DNA of 64,000 nucleotides from NCBI RefSeq assembly GCF_963921235.1, contig NC_086097.1:95110001-95174000 (forward strand), in the 5' to 3' direction. The DNA comes from Mobula hypostoma (lineage: Eukaryota). The first letter of the stretch is position 1. Each line of letters opens with the position of its first letter. The position numbers were made by a program, and so were the translations under genes. Below the pieces are notes generated by a model. That model had not been told where the DNA came from, did not search any database, and worked only from the letters and a program-made list of their open reading frames with translations. Shown here one piece after another: positions 1 through 14,129 of this stretch.

Positions 1-1427
1 GGTGTGTGGCAGCAGCTGAGTTGGGGTGTGGGTGGGGGGGTGGGTTGAGCTGATGGGAATGTAAGGGGAAACATATAGTGCCCGTTTCTCTGCTATATGG
101 CACTTCAGATTAAACCGAAAGTGTCTGGATTTCGGAAGGTAGGAGATGAATCTCAAGAACTAAAAGCCCTGTAAGTAGCAAATGACTGAATTTTTGTTTA
201 ACTCTTATTTCCCAACAGCATATATCAAGGTGGAAAACAGAGAGCTGATCACTAGCCATTGTGAAGGGAAAATGTTTCAACTCAAACGGAAAGAGCAATC
301 AGGGAGAGAACTGCATCAACTGAGTCCCAATGGGCTGTTGACAGTTTGTCTCAGCACAGCTCTTTTAAATGAAAACAAAATCAGAGATGCTGCTTGTTTA
401 ACCGGAAGCTTGGACTCCGTAATGACCAGGATGACTTCACTGAAAAGTGCACACACACGTACACACTATAGCAAGCCCTCAGTCTGCTTATTTCAGTGTT
501 AGTATATTACAACTATCATCAGAGTCCCCGAGCAGCACTCTTGATTCCTGCTAGAAAATGGGAAATGGAAGGAGGGAGAATATCTTGAAGAAAAGCATGA
601 AATGGTTGCAGTTAAAATGCACCTACCAACACTTAGTCTCAGCTGAAGCTGTCAATCTCTCCAAGATGGTCCTGGAGTTTCCAGGAGTAAAATTTCTCGG
701 AATATTTTATTCACAGAGGAAAAGAATCAGAACATCAAAAATATTAAGCACTTACCTTACTTTTTTGAAGAAACTCAATTATTTGTTAAAAATGGATCTA
801 CAAAAACAAACCTGATCATAGAAACTCATTTTGGGTTCTGCCAAAATCACTCAGCTCTTGACCTCATTACAGCCTTAATTTAAACATTCGCAACAGAGCT
901 GAACTACAAAGGTGAAGTGAGAGGAGCAGCTCTTGACCTTAAGGCAGCACTTGATTGAGTATAGAACTAAGAATCCCTGGGTTTTTGGGAAAAATCTCTA
1001 CTGGTGGGAATCATACCCAGTGCAATGGAAGATGGTTGGAGGTCAATCACCTTTGTCATAGAACATATATGCAGGAGCTCTTCAGGGTAGTGTCTTCAGT
1101 CCAATCATCTTCAGCTGCTTCATCGATGACCTTACTTCACTTGTACGGTCAGGAGGTGGGATATTTGCTGATGATTGCACAATGTTCAACACCATTTGTA
1201 ACTTTTGAAATAATGAAGCAGTCAACATCCAAATGCAGCAAAACCTGGACAATACCCAGGCCTGGGCTGGTAGGTGGCAAAGAAAATTCACTCAAAGCTA
1301 CTGCATTCCAGTGGCAATATACAGTAAAAGAAAATCCACCTATCAACTCCTGGCATTTAATGGCATTACCATCACTGAATCCTCACTATCAATATCCTGG
1401 GAGTTACCATTGATCAGAAACTAAACT

Positions 1428-2640
1428 GAAGGACCAGAGGGATCTTGGGGTCCGAGTCCATAGGACGCTCAAAGCTGCTGCGCAGGTTGACTCTGTGGTT
1501 AAGAAGGCATACAGTGCATTGGCCTTCATCAATCATGGAATTGAGTTTAGGACCAAGAGGTAATGTTGCAGCTAAATAGGACCCTGGTCAGACCCCACTT
1601 GGAGTTCTGTGCTCAGTTCTGGTCACCTTACTATAGGAAGGATGTGGAAACCATAGAAAGCAGAGGAGATTTACAAGGATGTTGCCTGAATTGGGGAGCA
1701 TGCCTTATGAGAATAGGTTGAGTGAACTCGGCCTTTTCTCCTTGGAGCGCCGGAGGATGAGAGGTGATCTGATAGAGGTGTATAAGATGATGAGAGGCAT
1801 TGATCGTGTGGATAGTCAGAGGCATTTTCCCAGGACTGAAATGGCTAGCATGAGAGGGCACAGTACTAAGGGTCTTGAAAGTAGGTACAGAGGGGATGTC
1901 AGGGGTAAGTTTTTTACACAGGGAGTGGTGATTGCGTGGAATGGGTTGCCGGTGATGGTGGTGGAGGCGGATACAGACAGACATACTTTATTGATCCCGA
2001 GGGAAATTGAGTTTCGTTACAGTTGCACCAACCAAGAATAGAGTATAAATATAGCAATATAAAACCATAAATAATTAAATAATAATATGTAAATTATGCC
2101 AGATGGAAATAAGTCCAGGACCAGCCTATTGGCTCAGGGTGTCTGACCCTCCAAGGGAGGAGTTGTAAAGTTTGATGGTCACAGGCAGGAATGACTTCCT
2201 ATGACGCTCTGTGTTGCATCTCGGTGGAATGAGTCTCTGGCTGAAAGTACTCCTGTGCCCAACCAGTACATTATGTAGTGGATGGGAGACATTGTCCAAG
2301 ATGGCATGCAACTTGGACAGCATCCTCTTTTCAGACACCACCGTCAGAGAGTCCAGTTCCATCCCCACAACATCACTGGCCTTACGAATGAGTTTGTTGA
2401 TTCCGTTGGTGTCTGCTACCCTCAGCCTGCTGCCCCAGCACACAACAGCGAACATGATAGCACTGGCCACTACAGATGATACTATAGAGTCTTTTCAGAG
2501 ACTCCTGGATGGATACATGGAGCTCAGAAAAATAGAAGGCTATGGGTAACCCTAGGTAATTTCTAAGGTAAGAACATGTTCGGCACAGCTTTGTGGGCCG
2601 AAGGGCCTGTATTGTGTTGTAGGTTTTCTATGTTTCTATG
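1428..2640 (+). mobile_element. CR1 LINE 3' fragment with (ttctatg)n tail
   Basis: ORF 1679-2041 (LGLFSLERRRMRGDLIEVYK) is the CR1 ORF2 C-terminus. Tail tttctatgtttctatg at ~2625-2640. Confidence 0.9.
1976..2475 (-). mobile_element. Rex1/Babar-type LINE 3' fragment nested in CR1
   Basis: ORF 2126-2470 (VVCWG…RHRKSFLP) is near-identical to the copies at 35.4k and 59.8k. A GATAC duplication flanks it. Confidence 0.85.
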
Positions 2641-3386
2641 AGCCACATACACATGGCTACAGGAGCAGATCAGAAATGAGGAAAACTGCAGGGAGTAACT
2701 CATGTTCTAACGCCCCAAAGCCTGTCCACTGTGTATAAGGCTCAAGTCAGGCCTGTGATGGATTACTCTCACTTGCCTGGATGAGTGCAGCTTCAGCTAC
2801 ACTTAAGCTCAATACCAAACAGGACATAGATACCTGCTTGATAGGTACCCCATTCACAACCATTCAATCACTCCACATCTGATGCACAGTAACAGCAGTC
2901 TGTACTACCTACAGGATGCACTGAGCAATCGACCAAGATTCCTTGGACTGCACCTTCCAAACCCACGATCTCTACCAGCCAGAAGGACAAAGCATGGGGC
3001 TTGCTCTGCAAGGCACACACCATCTTGACTTGGAAATATATCGCTGCCATTTCTTCATCATTGCTAGGTCAAAGTCTTTGAAATCTCTTCCTAATAACAT
3101 TGTGGGTGTACCCACATTTCAAGGACTTGCAGTAATTCAAGAAGGCAACTCACCACAACTTCTGTAAAGCCCCTAGGGATGGGCAATTAAATGCTATCTC
3201 AGCTTGCAAAGCCAACATCCCTTGAATTAATATATAAAAAGACTACACAACGTTAGCAACACATTACACAAAAGAGCCTAACTGCTCAGTCAATGGCTCT
3301 CCACCATTTTGCCCTATTACTAACATACCATTTCATTTGTTCCACACATTGGTCTCCCCATTCTTCCTGACTTAAACTAACTTATA

Positions 3387-4175
3387 AACTCTTCTCGGGC
3401 TTCCAGCTGGGACCAGGCAGTCCCAAAAGCTATCGGCACGGCACAGTAGTTTTGTTCTGTTGAGGTCAATCCTGTGGTCATTGCGTACACAATGTTCTGC
3501 TACTGCTGATTTCTCCAGGAAACCCAACAACGAGGAGGAACCCGTCGTGACTGCCTGCCTTCACTAATTTTCCACGGTTTCTAAAAGGATCACCAGGATC
3601 CTGAAGAAATACCAGATTAATACCACCCACAAACCCGTAAGGAAGCCCAAATCCTTGCTTATGCGGGTCAAAGATGACCTGGGATTCAGGACAGCTGGTG
3701 TTTACAGGATTCCCTGCGAATGCGGAGCAGCGTATATTGACCAGGTACGGTGGAAATTTGCATCAAGGAGCACAGGAGGTGTATCTGTTTGGATTACCCA
3801 GAGAAATTGGCTGTAGCAGAACACTGTATTCGCAATTGACTTTGGTGGCACTAAAACTACTGTGTTGTACCAATGGCTTTTGTGAACACCTGGCGAAGGA
3901 AGCCACTGAAATAAGACTAGAGAATAAGAATTTTAACAAAGCCAAAGGTCTCGCTCTAAGTAAGAACTGAAATACAATTTTAAACAAGGTGGATAGTGGA
4001 AACCTGATTGTTTGAGGACTAACCAATCAAGAGGGATGGACAGTGGGAGTTGAGTATATATACCACTGGACTAGACGTGCCTGGGCATTATCCCTGATGA
4101 AAATGGTGGAGTTTGTCATCAAAATGTCAGTTGAAATCAACACCTGTACCTGGCTGGAAGCTAAAGAAGAGTTTT
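3387..4175 (+). mobile_element. Penelope-like element remnant (GIY-YIG endonuclease) with inverted termini
   Basis: GVYRIPCECGAAYI encoded at ~3697-3740. An imperfect ~26-bp inverted repeat joins 3387-3411 and 4149-4174. A decayed ctgatga…aaa hammerhead-like motif lies at ~4094-4130. Confidence 0.75.
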
Positions 4176-4844
4176 TACGTCATATATGTTGGGAAAGTAC
4201 TAGGTCCTTTTTTACACTAACTTGTTTTCTCTCCTTTTCAGTTCTGATGAAGAATCTTTGGCCTGAAACGTTAATTGTTTTTCTTTCCACAATTGCCATT
4301 TAACTGGCTGAGCTGTTAACATAGCAACATGGCCTGAGTGAGCAAGACAAGGAACAGGATGTGTCTTTTAACAATTATATTTCAGAATTGGGAAATTAAG
4401 CACATGGGCTGAGAAGAAAGCCCCAGTTTGAAGGAGTGAATTCGCTGCTAATTCAAATACAAGATAAAAAATAAGAAGCAATTGAAGTCAGAATGGAAAG
4501 GAAACTTTTTACCCTCATATTTCCCATTTTTTTAATAAACCAACAATTTGTAACACTTGAAGGAATGACATTCTAAACCTGAAATGATTAATTTTCAGCA
4601 GCTATAGTTTCTCAGCATCTATTAACCCAGTTCCTCCAGCATTTTGTGTGTGTTGTCCTGGTAACACTGCCTCCGTACAAAACTGAATAAAGAATCTATT
4701 GCACCTTTAGGCATGAAATTACTACTGCCAATAAAGATAAAGAGAATATCGTGACCTTTCAATTAGAAAAAGTACCAGATAATTTATTATTGACTATGAA
4801 AACCATTTCAGCTTATATATCTATATCAGTAGAGAAGTTCCTAC

Positions 4845-4923
4845 CTTGAAGAATAAGGCCTGAATTCTGAATGGTGAAATCAAACATGGCAAACGGAGCA
4901 AGTGGAGACTTGGCAACAATGAT
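4845..4923 (-). CDS. RAD51B: RAD51B coding exon (79 nt, equivalent to human exon 10): IIVAKSPLAPFAMFDFTIQNSGLILQ
   Basis: The peptide matches the vertebrate RAD51B C-terminal region (recalled human ILIAKSPLAPFTSFVYTIKEEGLVLQ). Acceptor is ttctttttttcag|ATC and donor is CAAG|gtagg. Its phase 0 start fits the upstream exon ending in CAG (Q). Confidence 0.95.
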
Positions 4924-5214
4924 CTGAAAAAAAAGAACAAAGGAGAAAGTAAGATGAGTTAAAGACAAAAGAGTAAGGCCAAATCTGCAGGAAGTATAAT
5001 AGAAATGGAAGCTGCTCGTAATTCCTTCTGCCACCTTCAAACTATTTTGAAAATTATGAATTTACAGTCCAGAAGAAATACCTCAATTGAACATCAGAAG
5101 AGAAGGCTTCTCATCAACAATTTAATGCAATATATGCCCACTTTTGTCCGACATCCCTGAAGACTTTTCTTCAACTAAAGTCTATTAGTTCTAGATGTAA
5201 GACTATAAATGCCC

Positions 5215-6590
5215 TATTAACAATGGCTGCACTCTGAAAAGAAGGTGCAAATTCCCTAAAGAATTCAGCATGCTCCCTTTGACCCTCACCAATTTTTATT
5301 GACGCATCACAGAGAGCATCCTATCTAGATATATCACAGGTTGGAATGGTAACTGTTCTGTCCAAAGCCACAAGGAACTATGAAGACTGTGGACACAGCT
5401 CAGCTCATCATGGAGACCAGTCTCCCCTCTGTGGTCCTTGTCTACACTTGTTGCTGCCTCTATAAAGCAGCCAGCTTAATCACAGACCCCTCCTACTCTG
5501 CACATTCTCTCTTCTTGTCTCTCCCATCGTGCAGGAGATGCATAAGTCTGTAAACACACATCACTAGATTCAAGGATAGCTTCTATCCTGCTGTGATAAG
5601 ACTAATGAATGCTCCCCTAATACGATAAAATGGACTCTTAACCTCATGATCTACCTTGTCATGGACATGCACCTGATTGTATGCCTGCACTTTATCCATA
5701 AATGTGACACTATATTAAAATATAGAACAGTACGGCACAGCATAGGCCATTCAGCCCACAATGTTGTGTTGACTCTTTTAACCTATTCCAAGATCAATCT
5801 AACCCTTCCCTCCAACATAGCCCTTCATTTTCCTCTCATCCACCTTCCCAAGAATCTCTTAAATGTCCCTAATGTTTCTGCTCGTACCATCACCCCTGGC
5901 GGTACATTCCATGTACCCTCCACTGGCTATGTAAAAGATCTACCTCTGACATCCCGTCTATATTTTCTAAAATCACCTTAAAATTATGTCTTCTTAATTA
6001 TGTCATTGCAGCCCGAGGAAAAAGTTACTTGCTGTTCACTCTTTCTATGCCTCTTATCATCTTATACACCTCTATCATATTCTGCATTACTATTATTTTT
6101 CCCTTGTACTATCTCAATGTACTGATGCAATGAAATGATCTGTATAGATAGTATGATAAACAAAATTTTTCATTATACCTCAGTATATATGACAATAATA
6201 AACCTACAGCATTTGCATGCAGGATGATTTCCAAATTTCACAGCAGAAAGACGTGCTTCACCCAGGACATGCCCTTTTCTCATTGCTACCATCAGGAAGG
6301 AGGGACAGAACCTTGAAGGCACACACTCAGTGATTCAGAAACAGCTTCTTCTCCTCTGCCATCTGATTCCTGAATGGACATTGAACCCATGAACACTACC
6401 TCACTTTTATTATATATTATTTCTGTTTTTGCACTATTTTTAATTAAACTATTCAATATACATATATATAGTTAGTGTAATTATTTATTTATTTATTCTA
6501 TATTATCTGGTATTGCATTGTACTGCTGCTGCTCAGTTAACAAATTTCATGACTCATGCCAGTGATATTAGACCTGCTCTGTTTCTGTTT
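5215..6590. mobile_element. Cluster of decayed Rex1-type (+) and CR1 (-) 3' fragments
   Basis: Shares tails with other copies in the window (aggcacacactcagtgattcag; atagaacagtac). Confidence 0.6.
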
Positions 6591-8305
6591 CACAGTACTA
6601 TTCTAGAGATAAACCCTTCGGCCAAAAGAAGAGCTATTCATTTACCTATAACTTCCATTTAATGACTTGAATATTTCAAATCACCTGTTGACCTTCTAAG
6701 TTCTACACTGCCACCTTGGTTTGTAGATAAACTCCTCATAATCCAGGACATATCTACTCTGCACTTCTTCCAATACTAATCCTTCCCAGAGTGCTGACAG
6801 TATTCCAGGTACAGTGTAACCACAGCTCTGTAGAACTGTGGAATAATTTCCAACCACTTGTCAACAGCTCTCTGTTTGCTGCAGAATGTGTTAGGAATGT
6901 TACGTTAATGCCAGTGATGCTCGGTATCATTTGTCATACTGTGGATGTTTCTTCACTTCTGGGCACAAACCATCAATGTTGCCACACAGGATTCTTCAAA
7001 AGTCAAGGACAGGAGAGTGAAAGAGCATGACAATAAACAAGATGTAGCTTCCCCTATACAGTACATCCCAGATCAACTATGGCAGTGTATTAGTATTTAA
7101 ATAATAAAGGCCCTCGCCTGGGTTTTGTGCAAGGTTCCAAACCTTATGTGTCTTAATGCGAGTCTCCAAAGTTACCCTCTACTAAAAATGTTACACTCTT
7201 GAGTTATGATCCACACCCTTCACCTATAGATATGACATTGTTGAAACAGTGTAAGCCTTTGTTTCCTTGAGATTTGACTACTTCTTAGCTAGTCTAGGCC
7301 CAGCCTTCACTCCCTGCCAATTGAACTTGTTCCACTCCTCAGTTGTGTGGCCCAACACATTCTAAATCCCCTACCCACTGATGTACAGTGGTTCCAGTTA
7401 ACTTTATACACTGTCTTACTTGCTTTCCAATATCTCCTTTCCTTATCATAGGAGAAAGATGATAAAGCAGTAAACCACTGGAACAGGTCCTTCACCCTCA
7501 GTGTTGGCGCCAACCTTGATACTAATCTAAACAAGTCCAACCTACCTGCATAAAGAACATATTTCCTGTATGTCCACATGCCTAAATGCTCCTTAAACAT
7601 TACTATCGTATCTGCTTCTATCACTTCACCTGGCAGTGCATTCCTCTTGATCATCCACGATTGCTAAGCATCAGGAGACGTGTTTTCAATTGTTAAGACC
7701 ATGATCTGCCTTTCCCACCCTTTACCTCAGGCTCTTTACCAGGTTTTACTCCATTGCGTGGAATAACAAACCCCTCATTCTATTGTATGAAAGATGCCTC
7801 CTGAGAATACAAGCTCCAGTGTGTCAACCTACTCCACATACAAAACATTAGGAGCTGGGGCTTAGGCAGCTATCAGTATGTCCCACTACCGAATCTAATT
7901 GGTAGAATCACATCTCAGAGTGATCAGATTGCTCATATCTCGTACTTATTTTTCAGGAAAGGCTGCATTTATGCTCTCAGAGCATTCTCACTAGTTTCAT
8001 TCCTCCAGTTATTTCCCTGTCACCTCCTTTTTCTCACACGCCCACCACTCCTCTGACCCTGATTCTCCACTCATCCACATACACAAGAGATAATTTAGGA
8101 GGAAATCGAGGGGGGGGCGGTGGGAGAAGAGCCACTTGTTCACAGAGAGAGGGCAGGTATCTATTTTGAGTTTATTGGGTAGGTCATCGACCTAAACAAA
8201 ATATATCTTTCTATTTGCGAAGGGTAAACTGGCACTGGTAAAATAATAAAATAATAAATTAAAATAGAGAAGACTGCACTGTCGAGTCTGGGTGTGATCA
8301 ACCAT

Positions 8306-11200
8306 AGAACATAGAATATAGAATAGTACAGTACAATACAAGCCCTTCGGCCCACAATGTTGTGCCGACCCTCAAACCCTGCCTCCCATACAAGCCCCCT
8401 CCTTAAATTCCTCCATATACCTGTCTAGTTGTCTGTTAAATTTCACTGGTGTATCTGCCTCCACCACTGACTCAGGCAGTGCATTCCACGCACCAACCAC
8501 TCTCTGAGTAAAAAACCTTCCTCTAATATCCCCCTTGAACTTCCCACCCCTTACCTTAAAGCCATGTCCTCTTGTATTGAGCAGTGGTGCCCTGGGGAAG
8601 AGGCGCTGGCTATCCACTCTATCTATTCCTCTTATTATCTTGTACACCTCTATCATGTCTCCTCTCATCCTCCTTCTCTCCAAAGAGTAAACCCCTAGCT
8701 CCCTTAATCTCTGATCATAATGCATACTCTCTAAACCAGGCAGCATCCTGGTAAATCTCCTCTGTACCCTTTCCAATGCTTCCACATCCTTCCTATACTG
8801 AGGCGACCAGAACCGGACACAGTACTCCAAGTGTGGCCTAACCAGAGTTTTATAGAGCTGCATCATTACATCGCGACCCTTAAACTATATCCCTCGACTT
8901 ATGAAAGCTAACACCCCATAAGCTTTCTTAACTACCCTATCTACCTGTGAGGCAACTTTCAGGGACTTGTGGACATGTACCCCGAGATCCCTCTGCTCCT
9001 CCACACTACCAAGTATCCTGCCATTCACTTTGTACTCTGCCTTGGAGTTTGTCCTTCCAAAGTGTACCACCTCACACTTCTCCGGGTTGAACTCCATCTG
9101 CCACTTCTCAGCCCACTTCTGCATCCTATCAATGTCTCTCTGCAACCTCTGACAATCCTCTACACTATCTACAACACCACCAACCTTTGTGTCGTCTGCA
9201 AACTTGCCAACCCACCCTTCTACCCCCACATCCAGGTCGTTAATAAAAAGCACAAAAAGTAGAGGTCCCAGAACAGATCCTTGTGGGACACCACTAGTCA
9301 CACTCCTCCAATCTGAATGTACTCCCTCCACCACGACCCTCTGCCTTCTGCAGGCAAGCCGATTCTGAATCCACCTGGCTAAACTTCCCTGGATCCCATG
9401 CCTTCTGACTTTCTGAATACACCTACCATGTGGAACCTTGTCAAATGCCTCACACATCAACTGCACTACCCTCATCTATATGCCTGGTCACCTCCTCAAA
9501 GAACTCTATCAGGCCTGTTAGACACGATCTGCCCTTCACAAAGCCATGCTGACTGTCCCTGATCAGACCACGATTCTCTAAATGCTCAGAGATCCTATCT
9601 CTAAGAATCTTTTCCAACAGCTTTCCCACCACAGACGTAAGGCTCACTGGTCTATAATTACCCGGACTATCCCTACTACCTTTTTTGAACAAGGGGACAA
9701 CATTCGCCTCCCTCCAATCCTCCGGTACCATTCCCGTGGACAACAAGGACATAAAGATCCTAGCCAGAGGCTCAGCAATCTATTCCCTCACCTCGTCGAG
9801 CAGCATGGGGAATATTCCGTCAGGCCCCAGGGACTTAGCCATCCTAATATACTTTAACAACTCAAACACCTCCTCTCCCTTAATATCAACATGCTCCAGA
9901 ACATAAACGTCACTCATATTGTCCTCACCATCATCAAGTTCCCTCTCATTTGTGAATACCGAAGAGAAGTATTCATTGAGGACCTCGCACACTTCCACAG
10001 CCTCCAGGCACATCTTCCCACCTTTATCTCTAATCGGTCCTACTTTCACTCCTGTCATCCTTTTTTTCTTCACATAATTGAAGAATGCCTTGGGGTTTCC
10101 CTTTACCCTACTCGCCAAGGCCTTCTCATGCCCCCTTCTTGCTCTTCTCAGCCTCTTCTTAAGCTCCTTTCTTGCTTCCCTATATTCCTCAATAGACCCA
10201 TCTGATTCTTGCTTCCTAAACCTCGTGTATGCTGCCTTCTTCCACCTGACTAGATTCTCCACCTCACTTGTCACCCATGGTTCCTTCACCCTACCATTCT
10301 TTATCTTCCTCACCGGGACAAATTTATCCCTAACATCCTGCAACAGATCTCTAAACATCGACCACATGTCCATAGTACATTTCCCTGCAAAAACATCATC
10401 CCAATTCACACCCGCAAGTTCTCACCTTATAGCGTCATAATTTGCCCTTCCCCAATTAAAAATTTTCCTGTCCTCTTTGATTCTATCATTTTCCATGATA
10501 ATGCTAAAGGCCAGGGAGCGGTGGTCACTGTCCCCCAGATGCTCACCCACTGAGAGATCTGTGACCTGACCCGGTTCATTACCTAGCACTAGATCTAGTA
10601 TGGCATTCCCCCTGGTCGGCCTGTCCACATACTGTGACAGGAATCCATCCTGGACACACTTAACAAACTCTGCCCCATCTAAACCCTTGGAACTAATCAG
10701 GTGCCAATCAATATTAGGGAAGTTAAAGTCACCCATGAGCACAACCCTGTTATTTTTGCACCTTTCCAAAATCTGCCTCCCAATCTGCTCTTCTGTATCT
10801 CTGCTGCTACCAGGGGGCCTATAGAATACCCCCAGTAGAGTAACTGCTCCCTTCCTGTTCCTGACTTCCACCCATGCTGACTCAAAAGAGGATCCTGCTA
10901 CATTACCCACCCTTTCTGTAGCTGTAATAGTATCCCTGACCAGTAATGCCACCCCTCCTTCCCCTTTTTCCGCCCCTCTCTATCCCTTTTAAAGCACTGA
11001 AATCCAGGAATATTGAGAATCCATTCCTGCTCTGGTGCCAGCCAAGTCTCTGTAATGGCCACTACATCATAATTCCATGTATGTATCCAAGCTCTCAGTT
11101 CATCACCTTTGTTCCTGATGCTTCTTGCATTGAGGTACAGACACTTCAGCCCTTCTACTTTACTACCTTTACACCGTTTATTCTGCTTCTCTTTCCTCAA
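8306..11200 (-). mobile_element. CR1 LINE covering all of ORF2 (APE endonuclease + RT), frameshifted, no ORF1
   Basis: LKCLYLNARSIRNK, GDFNFP, SDH, GVPQGSVLGP and FADD motifs across ORFs 8372-11314. It has a (gttctat)n tail and an apparent AACCAT TSD at 8300-8305 and 11201-11206. Confidence 0.95.
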
Positions 11201-11317
11201 AACCATCATGTACATAATCTGATATGTTCTAACAAAATTTTTAAAAATTAAAAACTTTATTAATATAGATCCAGACAAATATAAAAAGTTAAAAGCATGC
11301 AAAATCACCACCAAATA

Positions 11318-12063
11318 CAGTGGATTTTGGTTAACTGGGCCATCGGGTAATCAGGTCAGCTGTTTATTTAGGTCACTATGCTGCTTAATTGGAACAGGAG
11401 ACTTGCCGAATGGTTTCTAATCAGCATCAGTTGCATGTGCTTGTGTGGTTCAGACACCACACCGTGCTTAGAGAGAACAGTTTTTAGGGAGTGTCAGTTG
11501 TGTGTCTGTGTTCAAAAAGCAGTGATTTTTTTGTTACTGGCAGTTGGCGCAAAATAAGCAGTAAGACAATTCAGAACAGTTTTGCTCACTGCATTTCCAA
11601 GCATTGAGCTTGGAGAAGCCAGAAATGTCTGGGAGTGAAAATGAAATGATTTCACTACCTTAACAAGTTGGGAACTATGACAAATTTTAAGGTATTGACA
11701 ACCATCTTGAATGTTACAATGGAAATGAAGATTTGGAGGATACAATTGTCGAAAGCGTTGTATGAAGGCAGTCCATTATCTACACTAGGTGTCTGCACTG
11801 ATTTTGTTTACTGCAGTCAATCTAAAGAACACAGCAACTGGATGAATTCCTCTGATGATAACTATTAAGAACTAATACATATTTTTATAGTACAGTAGTA
11901 GTATTGGTAGTGTTCTAATTTGTTTTGTATTTCATTTAAATACATAATTTGTTAGTTAAACTAGTTTGTCTTTTTTATACCCTTTTAACTATTTCCATGA
12001 ATCTTCGGCTAATTGGGGCAGCCAAAATGGTCCTGGTGTGTCCCAATTACCCAGAACCCACTG
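11318..12063 (+). mobile_element. Non-autonomous Tigger/pogo-like DNA transposon (MITE)
   Basis: TA|CAGTGGATT…AACCCACTG|TA termini. Other copies lie at 38802-39603 and at 22067-22222 plus 30017-30445. Confidence 0.8.
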
Positions 12064-12760
12064 TAAATAAAACTAATCACGAATCCATTAAAAATATGCA
12101 GAATTTCAGAGATTCTGCCTAGCACTTTCCTTGATAACAAGGAGGCGAAATTTTATATTGAGTGATGCCCAGATATCACATGGCAAATAAAAAGGGATCA
12201 CTTCCTCTGAATACCAAAGACATATCCAAAATAGATGAGCTCTTCAGTGCCAGAACTGAGAGGCAGCAACGTTAACTTGGCAATGCTTTGTGCAAGCACA
12301 CACAATATAGATCCTGAAAGCACCAAGAAAGTCCTCAAATCAAGAAAGCATCAAATAAAGTCACTCCTCGTTCCATGGAATAAGGACCGAGCCAAGTCAA
12401 ACTCTCCCTATAACTGAGACCCTCTAGACCTGGCAACATCCTTGTAAATGGTCTTGCTTACTACTGCTTCTGCTTCCTGCTAAATCTTCTGTCAGCTTCT
12501 GATAGATTAGAATTTATTTAAAATCTTACATCCATCCCACAACATGAGGGGGTATAAATTTTTGCATTATGACTCCGTTGCAATGTACAGACATATGAAT
12601 TTAAAAGTCTAATGGCTTGTAGAAAGAAGCTGTCCCGTAGATCATAGAGTCACAAGCAATACAGCACAGGTACAGGCTTTTTGGCCCATTGAGTTCATAC
12701 CAACCATGGTGCCCATCCAGCCATCCCCATGTCCTGCATATAGCCCATGGCTCTCTAAGC

Positions 12761-12818
12761 TAGGGGCTTCCATCCCTTATTATGCCATGGACCCATGGAC
12801 CCCAGATTGGGAACTCCT
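12761..12818. mobile_element. Tiny hAT-like MITE
   Basis: Termini taggggcttccatc and gattgggaactcctg, flanked by an imperfect 8-bp repeat ctctaagc/ctctaaat. Confidence 0.45.
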
Positions 12819-13299
12819 GCTCTAAATTCTGCTCCTCCATATATCTATCCAGTTACTTCTTAAAATGATACTATTGTACTTGCTTCAATCACTTTGTCTG
12901 GCAACTCATTCTATATAAATTTATCACGTTCTGTGTGAATAAGTTGCCCTATAGGTCCCTTTTAAATCTTTCTTCGCTCAGTTCAAACCTATGGCCCCTA
13001 GTTTTGGATTCTCCCACCCTGGTGAAAAGACTGTTAACACCCATCTTACATATGCTGCTCGTAATTTTAAACACTTCTATAAGGTCACCCTTCATTCACC
13101 TACGTTCCAAGGAATAAAGACCTAGCTGGCCAACCTCTCCCTAACCTGGCAACTTCCTTGTAATTCTTTCTGCTTATTCCTGCTTCTGCTTTCTGTTAAA
13201 TCATTTTGATTTTTGCTCATGCGTCTTCCCAGTTATAGCCCATGGCATGCTTTGGAAAATAAATGATGGCCAGACAGTCAGAGGACTCTTTGATCCACT

Positions 13300-13607
13300 G
13301 TCTTCACTGAGCATCAGCCACCCATTTATATTAACCCGACATTAATCTCATCTTTTAAAATATTCTCTACCACATTCTCAGTAACATCCCCCAAATCCTA
13401 CCACTCACCTACACACCAAGGCCAATGTACAGTGTCTAACCCACCAACTCACACATCTTTGGGGTGTGGGAGAAAACAAGGACACACAGTGGAAACTCCT
13501 GAGATTACAGAGAAAATGTAAATATTCTATACAGACAGCACCCGAGCCCAGGATGAAACACAGGTCACTGGTGCTGTGAGGCGGCAATTCTATCAACTAC
13601 ATCACTG
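13300..13607 (-). mobile_element. HE1/V-SINE-like SINE (similar copies at ~15470-15770, 21460-21790, 52940-53210, 57840-58145)
   Basis: Recurrent catctttgg..tgtggga.gaaa..gagcacc..gaggaaa core and a tRNA-like head on the minus strand. Confidence 0.55.
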
Positions 13608-14129
13608 TAATTGGAAAGGAATTGTTAAAAGTAGGAAAGGCAGAGAAACAGACATCTCTGCAAGTCATGAACTGCAGAGGCTAATTCAAAATTGTACAAG
13701 GAATTATTTTGTGTACATGACTTCACGGACAGAAATTAGTTCAATGTAAGGATGGATAAAAACCAAATATTTATTAGGATATGTAAGACTTGATACTTCA
13801 CTGGCTGCTGAACTGAACCAGTGCTGTCACTTGCACCGAGTTTGCAGCAAAGTTTCTCCCCCTTATTTAATTATCCGAAATATCTTTTATTCCTAACTTC
13901 ATATGAAAGACAATGCCATGAGAACGTTTTACCTTTCCTTTATATTGGTTAGGGATACATTTCTTTTAATCTAGTAAGCACCTAAGTCTGAGAACTCTCC
14001 TTCCCTCATGCAGCCCACAAAGAAGCTTGTGCTGTATTCCAAAACTGGGAATATTATAATGCTGTCATTGGCCTTGGATTAAGAGGAACATCTTAGCAAA
14101 AAGAATACAGATGATCTGGTCAAAACACC

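Larger units (their letters stand above)
870..3235 (+). mobile_element. Old degenerate CR1-group LINE (RT remnant), split by younger insertions at ~1428-2640
   Basis: RT-like remnants (FADDCTMF near 1164). The sequence resumes at ~2641 after the nested CR1. Confidence 0.65.

Noticed and set aside
182..815. Possible RAD51B terminal exon or independent small gene
   Set aside because: No recognisable protein similarity or convincing splice structure.
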